Part shown: one piece after another, positions 57,702-64,000 of the stretch
Position numbering within the stretch: the stretch's first letter is position 1
How the letters are laid out: the number at the start of each line of letters is the position of its first letter
DNA from: Verrucomicrobiia bacterium
GTDB taxonomy: Bacteria; Verrucomicrobiota; Verrucomicrobiia; JABWAM01
Length of the DNA stretch: 64,000 nucleotides
Reading direction: 5' to 3'
Assembly (NCBI GenBank): GCA_028687435.1
Contig: JAQUAF010000010.1
Span: 9,176-73,175 of the forward strand
Translations under genes and position numbers: made by a program
The notes under the pieces: model-generated
Seen by the model: the letters and a program-made list of their open reading frames with translations, nothing else
The model's database searches: none
What the model was told of the DNA's origin: nothing

Positions 57702-58379
57702 ATGAGTTTGGCGCCAAAAGATTTGCTGGATTTTCAGGCAACGGAACATGCGGCCCTTTTTGATGGATGCCAGTATGCGTGGGAGCCATTGGGAAGGTTG
57801 GGCGATTATCTGAAGTCGAATCTCAAGCCTGTGATCCAAGGAAAGGTTTCGCCGGCGGCGGTCATCGAAGGGCCGGTTTTCATCGGCGAGGGGACGGTGG
57901 TGGAGCCGCATGTTTACATCAAGGGGCCGGCGTGGATCGGAAAGGAATGCGAAATCCGGCAGGGGGCTTATTTGCGGGGCAATGTGATTGCGGGGGACGG
58001 ATGTGTGCTTGGGAACAGTTGCGAGTTCAAGAATTGTCTGCTTTTCAACGAGGCGGAGGTTCCCCATTTTGCCTATGTCGGTGATTCCATCCTCGGGCAT
58101 CATGCCCACTTGGGATCGGGGGTGACGTTGTCGAACCTGAAGATTTTAGAGGGGAATGTGGAGGTGTTGTCGGACGGCAAACGGATCAATACGGGTTTAA
58201 GGAAATTTGGCGCAATCATTGGTGATCGCGCGCAGGTGGGGTGCCATTGTGTGTTGAATCCAGGGGCGGTGATTGGCCGCGGCGCGGTGCTCTATGCCGG
58301 CGTTTCATGGCGGGGGGTGTGCGCCGCCGGAAAGGTGGTCAAACTGCGTCAGGAACAGGTGGTGGCGGAGGGACGGTGA
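57702..58379 (+). CDS. Left-handed beta-helix (hexapeptide-repeat) acyl/nucleotidyl-transferase-like protein
   Basis: Hexapeptide repeats (GxxVxIGxxCxI...) throughout. Confidence 0.55.
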   Translation: MSLAPKDLLDFQATEHAALFDGCQYAWEPLGRLGDYLKSNLKPVIQGKVSPAAVIEGPVFIGEGTVVEPHVYIKGPAWIGKECEIRQGAYLRGNVIAGDGCVLGNSCEFKNCLLFNEAEVPHFAYVGDSILGHHAHLGSGVTLSNLKILEGNVEVLSDGKRINTGLRKFGAIIGDRAQVGCHCVLNPGAVIGRGAVLYAGVSWRGVCAAGKVVKLRQEQVVAEGR

Positions 58380-58432
58380 GGTGTTTGGGCTGAAGACGGA
58401 AGGTCATTGCGGAATTCCGGGGAGATGGAAAA

Positions 58433-59275
58433 TCAGCGGACCAGCAGCACGGGGATGGTGGATTTGCGGATCACGTGGTTGGTGACGCTTCCCAGCACAA
58501 ATTCGCGCAGGCGGGTGTGTCCATAGGCGCCCAACACCAGCAGGTCGTGCTGTCCCTCGTTGGTGATCTCGAGAATTTTTTCCTCCGGTATTCCGTGGAG
58601 GGCGAGGGGTTTTGCCTGAGAGCCTTGTTTGAGTGCCAGATCCATGGCTTCCTTGAGCGCCCAGGATTTCTCCTCTTCGTCGCTGGTGTTTTCCACCGTC
58701 ATAATGGTCAGGGCGGCTTTCAGTGTTTTGGCGAGTTCGAAAGCCACATAGAGGGCGTGGTTGGCGTGCTGGCTTCCATCGTAGGCGGCCAGGATGGAGC
58801 GGACGGGGCGGAATCCCTTGGGGGTGATCAGGCAGGGTTTGATGGACTTGCGCACAACCCGCTCGACGTTGGTGCCGAGCCATTCACCGGTGGCTTCGAA
58901 ACCTTCGCCGCGCTGTCCCATGATGACCAGTTCCACAGCCCGTTCGTGTTCGAGGATGGAGTCCACCAGCAGTCCGGTTGGCACACGGGTTTCGCAGGGA
59001 ATATTCTCCTTTTTTGCCGCCTCCACCACTTCATTTACTGCGGCCTGCGCCTTTTTTTCATACAAATCCCGCATTTGGGGCAATAAATCCTGAAATGGCT
59101 GAACGCCAGCCGAGCCGGACAGATCGGATAGAAGGGGGCCTTCCAAGAGGCTGATATCCACCACGCTCAGGGCAATGATTTGCGCCTTTAATCGTTTACT
59201 GAACCACAAGGCCGAGCCGATGGCTGCTTCGGAATACTCGGAACCATCCACGCAAAGGAGCAGGGTTTTGATCAT
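58433..59275 (-). CDS. Tandem universal stress protein (2 x UspA domains)
   Basis: Two Usp repeats (LLCVDGSEYS..., ILAAYDGSQHA...). Confidence 0.7.
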   Translation of the reverse strand: MIKTLLLCVDGSEYSEAAIGSALWFSKRLKAQIIALSVVDISLLEGPLLSDLSGSAGVQPFQDLLPQMRDLYEKKAQAAVNEVVEAAKKENIPCETRVPTGLLVDSILEHERAVELVIMGQRGEGFEATGEWLGTNVERVVRKSIKPCLITPKGFRPVRSILAAYDGSQHANHALYVAFELAKTLKAALTIMTVENTSDEEEKSWALKEAMDLALKQGSQAKPLALHGIPEEKILEITNEGQHDLLVLGAYGHTRLREFVLGSVTNHVIRKSTIPVLLVR

Positions 59276-59487
59276 GTGAAAAGAATAACTTTTTTCGGGG
59301 TTGTTGTCATTCTCAAAAACCAGGGTGAACATATTAAATCAGGCCGCGCGCCCATCACCCTTCCGCCTCATTCCCGCGAAAACGGGAATCCAGAGGCCGC
59401 CTCAAAAAAGCGTTTGCAATTCCCTGGACTGTCCATCGTCTCTGAAAAAACTCGTCAATTTGACGCAAATCGTTTTATGTTCGGGGC

Positions 59488-62214
59488 ATGACTCTTGCCA
59501 AGCCGCAACAAGCGTTGGAACTGCTGGAGGCCCATTCATCCTTCTGGCCGGCGCAAATCAAGGCGCATCCCGATGATCTTGATTGGTTGATGGAGACGCG
59601 GCCGTTCGAGTTGCGCCGTTCCCTGCGGCGGATGGAGACGGAGTGGAAGGGGGTGAAATGGGGGGAGCTTGGTTTTGAGGATACTTTTCGTGAATTGTGC
59701 CGGGTCAAGAGACGGGAGATGTTGCGGATCACGGTGCGCGAACTGGCCGGCCTGGCCGCCCTGCCGGATACAGTGCTGGAGCTTTCGGCAACCGCCGATT
59801 TTTGTCTGCAGCGCGGAGTGGACGGGTGCATGGCGGATGTGGGCAGGCGTTTTGGAGAGCCATCCACGGAATTTGCCGTGTTTGGAATGGGCAAGCTGGG
59901 CGGCGAGGAGTTGAACTACAGTTCGGACATTGATTTGTTGTTCGCCTACGGCGAGGAGGGCAAGGCGGGGAGAATCAGCCACCACGACTTTTTTACCCGG
60001 GTGAGCGAGCGTTTGATGGAGGGAATGCGAATGCAGAACGAGGAGGGTTCCCTCTTTCGCGTGGACATGCGGTTGCGTCCGGAAGGCAAGTCGGGACCGT
60101 TGGTTCGTTCCCTGGCGAGCTATGAGAATTATTACGCGGGTTTTGGCGAGGTTTGGGAACGCATGGCCCTGCAAAAGGCGCGTCTGGTTGCCGGCGACCA
60201 GGAGTTGGGATATCAATTCATTCAGGATTTGCAGCCGTTTTGTTATCCGCGCCATCTGGGACCGGAAGTGTTGGACGAGATTTATCATATCAAGGAGCGC
60301 ATCGAACGGGAAGTTTTGAAGGAAGGAGGGCTGGAACGGCATGTCAAGCTGGGACGCGGGGGCATCCGGGAGATTGAGTTTGCGGTGCAGTCCCTGCAGT
60401 TGCTGCATGGCGCCAAGAATCCGTTCATTCAGGTGCGGGGGACGCTGAAGTCTCTGCAGTCATTGAAACGGCTGGATATGCTCAGTTCCAGCGAGGTGGG
60501 GGCGTTGTTCGATGCCTATGTCTTTTTGCGCCGGCTTGAGCATCGCCTGCAGATGCGCGAGGATCGGCAGACTCATCTTGTTCCGGCGGATGAGAAAATC
60601 CAGACGGCCCTGGCCCGCGGATTGGGATACAAATCGTTGCGGACGTTTCTTGACGAATGGAAAAAGCACATTGAATTGGTGCGCTGCTTTTTTGACCGGG
60701 TGGTTTCCGCCAAGGAGGGGGAGAAGAGGGAGGGAGCAGGGACGGTTTCCGTCGAATCCGGCGTCTTGGATGCCTTGTTGGAGGATGATGAGGCAGCCTG
60801 GCCCGTGGAGCCTTTTCGCAAGGCCGGCTTCGATGAGCCGGAAAAGGCGATCCGGACCATCCAGACCATGGCGCGGGGGCCGGAGTACGCGCATGTGTCC
60901 CAACGGACGAGGGATTTGTTCCGCCAGCTGTTTCCCCTGTTGTTCGGACGTTTTCCCGAACGGGTCCGTCCGGATTACTGTTTGCAACAATTTGAACGGT
61001 TCATCAACGGCTATGGTTCGCGCGCGGCGATTTACGAGATGTTGCTGGTCAATCCGCGGTTGTTGAGTTTGCTGTTGCAGCTTTTTGACCAGAGCCGTTT
61101 CCTGACGGATATCCTGATCGGGCAACCCAATTTGCTGGATGATGTGGCCTATGAAAATTTGCTTGGCGAGATGCATGGCCGCAAATGCATGGAGCAGGCC
61201 CTGGCGGAATCTCCCGGCGAGGAATTGCCGGAAAAATTGCGGGGTTTCTGCAACGCCGAGCTGTTGCGGATCGAATTGAGGGAGATTTTGGGATTGGCTG
61301 CCTCGGCTGAGGAAACCCAGGGGGAATTGAGCTTGCTGGCCGATGTTTGCATCGGGGAAGTCCTGGCGCATCGTCCCAAGACGAAGTCGTCCAAGGGGAG
61401 TAAGGCCGGAAAAGGCCTTTGTGTGGCGGGGTTGGGCAAATACGGAGGCAGGGAGCTGAGTTATGGTTCGGATTTGGATGTCATTTTCATTGGCGATAAC
61501 CCCGGGGAGGCCGGGTGGGTGATGTCGGCGATGGGAAAGGGAACGGGGATTTTCAAGATGGATGCGCGTCTCAGGCCCCATGGGGAGGATGGCCCCTTGA
61601 CAGCGCCTTTGGCTGCCTGCGAACGGTATTATTCGAAGCAAGCCCAGTTTTGGGAACGTCAGGCTTTGACTCGCGCTCGTGTGGTGGCGGGCGATTCCGC
61701 AGTGGGAAAGGCTTTTTTGAAGATGACGGATCAGCTTATTTACGCCAAGCCCCTGTCTGCGGATGAATTGCGGGAGATGGCGGCCATGAGGGCGAGGATT
61801 GAGAATGAGCGCGGAGACGCAAACGATCCCCTGCGGAATTTCAAGACCGGGGCGGGTGGTTTGGTGGATGTGGAATTTCTTGCCCAGGCCCAGCAGTTGC
61901 GTTTTGGCCATGCCCATGGGACTTTGCGGCGGGCTTCGACCCTGGAGGTGATCCGCCAGATGCCGGCGATTGACGGATGGCCGGACGAGGATTGCCAGGC
62001 CTTGATTGAGGATTATGGATGGTTGAGGAAATTGGAGAATGCCTTGCGCCGCGATGCCAACGCGCCCGCGGAACAGTTGCCGGCCGAACATCAGCAATGG
62101 CTTCTGGTGGCCAGACGACTGGGGTTGCCCGGGGTGGCGGCGTTGGAAGGCGCGCTCCAATCCTGTCGCGAACGGGTGAGGAAGATTACCCGCCGGAGAT
62201 TTGAGGCCATGTAG
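59488..62214 (+). CDS. glnE: Bifunctional glutamine synthetase adenylyltransferase/adenylyl-removing enzyme
   Basis: Two nucleotidyltransferase domains (GKLGGEELNYSSDIDLLF and GLGKYGGRELSYGSDLDVIF); 908 aa. Confidence 0.85.
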   Translation: MTLAKPQQALELLEAHSSFWPAQIKAHPDDLDWLMETRPFELRRSLRRMETEWKGVKWGELGFEDTFRELCRVKRREMLRITVRELAGLAALPDTVLELSATADFCLQRGVDGCMADVGRRFGEPSTEFAVFGMGKLGGEELNYSSDIDLLFAYGEEGKAGRISHHDFFTRVSERLMEGMRMQNEEGSLFRVDMRLRPEGKSGPLVRSLASYENYYAGFGEVWERMALQKARLVAGDQELGYQFIQDLQPFCYPRHLGPEVLDEIYHIKERIEREVLKEGGLERHVKLGRGGIREIEFAVQSLQLLHGAKNPFIQVRGTLKSLQSLKRLDMLSSSEVGALFDAYVFLRRLEHRLQMREDRQTHLVPADEKIQTALARGLGYKSLRTFLDEWKKHIELVRCFFDRVVSAKEGEKREGAGTVSVESGVLDALLEDDEAAWPVEPFRKAGFDEPEKAIRTIQTMARGPEYAHVSQRTRDLFRQLFPLLFGRFPERVRPDYCLQQFERFINGYGSRAAIYEMLLVNPRLLSLLLQLFDQSRFLTDILIGQPNLLDDVAYENLLGEMHGRKCMEQALAESPGEELPEKLRGFCNAELLRIELREILGLAASAEETQGELSLLADVCIGEVLAHRPKTKSSKGSKAGKGLCVAGLGKYGGRELSYGSDLDVIFIGDNPGEAGWVMSAMGKGTGIFKMDARLRPHGEDGPLTAPLAACERYYSKQAQFWERQALTRARVVAGDSAVGKAFLKMTDQLIYAKPLSADELREMAAMRARIENERGDANDPLRNFKTGAGGLVDVEFLAQAQQLRFGHAHGTLRRASTLEVIRQMPAIDGWPDEDCQALIEDYGWLRKLENALRRDANAPAEQLPAEHQQWLLVARRLGLPGVAALEGALQSCRERVRKITRRRFEAM

Positions 62215-62251
62215 AGGAAAGGTTGTTTAGGCTGTGTTCATGTCCTTCACT

Positions 62252-62347
62252 TTGTCATTGCGAGCCCGTTTGGGGGCGAAGCAATCTCAAATGGAGGGAC
62301 AGAGATTGCTTCGTCATCCGCCAGGGCGGATTCCTCGCAATGACAAA
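62252..62347 (+). other. Nested inverted-repeat element (possible terminator or structured RNA) between glnE and the GT2 gene
   Basis: The outer 13-bp inverted repeat TTGTCATTGCGAG (62252-62264) / CTCGCAATGACAA (62335-62347) encloses a 12-bp inverted repeat CGAAGCAATCTC (62277-62288) / GAGATTGCTTCG (62302-62313) and a CCGCC..GGCGG hairpin. Confidence 0.5.
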
Positions 62348-62395
62348 TGGGGGAAAGTGGAGGCATATTGAAATTTATGGTTTCGGTTACGCAGG

Positions 62396-63421
62396 TTGTT
62401 TTTTGCTTTTGCATTTTCATTCCAGCCTACCTACTTTTGCCTTGTGGTCAGCATTATCATTCCGTTGAAGAAGGATCAGGGCTATCTCCAGCCGTGCGTG
62501 GAGGCTTGTTTTGGCCAATATGGAGTGGAGATGGAGGTGATTGTTCTTCCCGATGAACCGGAGGAGGTGGTGGATTCCCGTGTGATTCAGGAGGCGACCG
62601 GGCCGGTTTCTCCCGCGCGCAAGCGCAACCGGGGCGCCGAACTGGCAAAGGGGGAAATCCTGGCTTTCATTGATGACGACACCCGTCCGGTGGAAGGCTG
62701 GCTGGAAGCGGCCCTGCCGCATTTCAATGATCCGAAGGTGGCTGCCGTGGGGGGGCCCTCCATCACTCCGCGCATCGATCCGTTCTGGGCGCAGGTCAGC
62801 GGAGCGGTTTATGAATCCTGGATGATGTCCGGCAACGCCGTTCATCGATATCGTCCCGGGGTGGCGTGTTGCGTGGATGATTATCCCAGTTGCAATTTGC
62901 TGGTGCGGCGGACGGCGTTCAAGATGGTGAATGGTTTTGGAACCGACTTTTGGCCCGGGGAGGACACGGAATTTTGCCTGGCCCTGGTGAAGGCGGGGTT
63001 TCGCATTTGCTATGAGCCCACCGCAGTGATCGAGCATCATCGCCGGCCATCGTTGCGGAAGCATTTCATCCAACTGGCCAATTACGGTTTGCATCGCGGG
63101 TATTTTGCCAAGCGTTATCCGGAAACCTCCCGCCGTCTGCCCTATTTTTTGCCGAGCACCCTGGTGGTGGGTGGAACCGGATTGCTGGCGCTGGTCTTGC
63201 TGGGCCCCACACCTTTTCAATGGGTGTTTGAATTTCTGGCCATCCTGTATTTCATGCTTGCGGCCGCCAGCCTGGCGGAAAAACCGTTCAGATTGATTCT
63301 TCCGGCAGTTTGCGTTATTTTTGCATCCCACGTGGTTTACGGGGTGGCTTTTCTCCGAGGTTTGGCGGCCGCCCGGCTGCCCGAGGAAAAGGCATCCGTG
63401 GCCGGATCACCATGCCGCTGA
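62396..63421 (+). CDS. Family 2 glycosyltransferase (start uncertain; possibly a GTG near 62441)
   Basis: VSIIIP N-terminal pattern, DDD-like FIDDDT, and a C-terminal TM tail. Confidence 0.65.
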   Translation: MFFAFAFSFQPTYFCLVVSIIIPLKKDQGYLQPCVEACFGQYGVEMEVIVLPDEPEEVVDSRVIQEATGPVSPARKRNRGAELAKGEILAFIDDDTRPVEGWLEAALPHFNDPKVAAVGGPSITPRIDPFWAQVSGAVYESWMMSGNAVHRYRPGVACCVDDYPSCNLLVRRTAFKMVNGFGTDFWPGEDTEFCLALVKAGFRICYEPTAVIEHHRRPSLRKHFIQLANYGLHRGYFAKRYPETSRRLPYFLPSTLVVGGTGLLALVLLGPTPFQWVFEFLAILYFMLAAASLAEKPFRLILPAVCVIFASHVVYGVAFLRGLAAARLPEEKASVAGSPCR

Positions 63422-64000
63422 AAGTTGCCATCGCTTATCCGCCGCTTCCCGATGAACGGGGGGTGCCGTTGCTTTCCCAAAACCGGCAATTCCAGTGGTT
63501 CAATAAACCGACTTTCATTTATCCCTGTGTGCCGGCCTATGCCGCCACCCTGCTAAAGCAGGCGGGGCACGAGGTTTTTTGGGAGGATGGCATTGCCCAA
63601 CAGGACGCGGAGGATGCGTTTGAAAAGCGTTTTGTGGAGATCTGTCCGGATGTGGCGGCCATCGAGGTCAAAACTCCCATTGTCAAACGGTATTGGAAAT
63701 GGGTGGATCGGCTCAAGGAGCAGTGTCCGGGGGCAAAAATCGTGTTGATGGGGGATCATGTGACGGCGCTGCCCGAGGAATCGCTGCGCCAATGCCGGGC
63801 GGATTATGTGCTGACCGGGGGGGATTACGATTTTGCGCTGGTCAATTTGTGCGCGCATTTGGAGAACAGGACACCGCTTGAACCTGGCGTTTACCGGTGG
63901 AGGGATGGGCGGCGCGATGATTCGGACCGGATTGTGAACACCGGACGGGCCGAGTTGAAACGCCCGCTCGATTCGCTGCCATTGATTGACCGCGAATTGA
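63412..64000 (+). CDS. B12-binding-domain radical SAM protein, partial (runs off window end)
   Basis: N-terminal cobalamin-binding domain pattern (VAIAYPPLP... LTGGDYD); no stop before the window end. Confidence 0.55.
   Translation, partial: MPLKVAIAYPPLPDERGVPLLSQNRQFQWFNKPTFIYPCVPAYAATLLKQAGHEVFWEDGIAQQDAEDAFEKRFVEICPDVAAIEVKTPIVKRYWKWVDRLKEQCPGAKIVLMGDHVTALPEESLRQCRADYVLTGGDYDFALVNLCAHLENRTPLEPGVYRWRDGRRDDSDRIVNTGRAELKRPLDSLPLIDREL

Noticed and set aside
60460-62160. 566-aa ORF on the minus strand
   Set aside because: Antisense to glnE.

Overview
The window is a high-GC bacterial chromosome segment, possibly from a Planctomycetes/Verrucomicrobia-type organism; I cannot assign the taxon with confidence. 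It has two distinct parts.

Positions 1 to about 13.5 kb are the right-hand portion of an integrated phage-like element. It carries:
- a ribbon-helix-helix (RHH) regulator pair and an Xis-type HTH gene flanked by copies of an 18-bp palindrome;
- a Bet/RecT-like annealing protein, a DUF1064 resolvase-like protein, ASCH-like proteins and a truncated VRR-NUC remnant;
- a cytosine-5 DNA methyltransferase broken by three frameshifts, and an intact orphan beta-class methyltransferase;
- a replisome-organizer-like protein, an SF2 helicase and a TOPRIM primase;
- a tyrosine integrase at the right boundary.
No virion structural genes are visible in this part.

The remaining ~50 kb is core chromosome: tyrS, a HAD phosphatase, truA, proBA, an Rnk-like regulator, a class IV aminotransferase, a sensor kinase plus sigma-54 regulator, a Kef-type antiporter, glmS, a NupG-like permease, murA, tRNA-Lys(CTT), thiL, a PilR-like regulator plus pilC, hisH-hisA, lysS, cysS, mnmE, an S41 protease, a metallophosphoesterase, a GH78-like hydrolase, glycerate kinase, a GNAT, an Usp, glnE, a GT2 and a partial B12-radical-SAM gene.

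The most interesting items are:
- an MqsR/MqsA-like toxin-antitoxin pair between proB and the aminotransferase, whose antitoxin has lost its zinc-ribbon cysteines and which has a 14-bp palindrome at its start;
- a tandem pair of homospermidine-synthase-like paralogs downstream of the kinase/sigma-54 regulator pair;
- the triply frameshifted phage cytosine methyltransferase;
- an A8 tract at the junction of the two overlapping RHH reading frames;
- a 54-bp perfect palindrome at 57553-57606;
- a nested-hairpin element at 62252-62347.

No CRISPR array, rRNA or obvious transposase was found. Many long antisense shadow ORFs in the ORF track were rejected.
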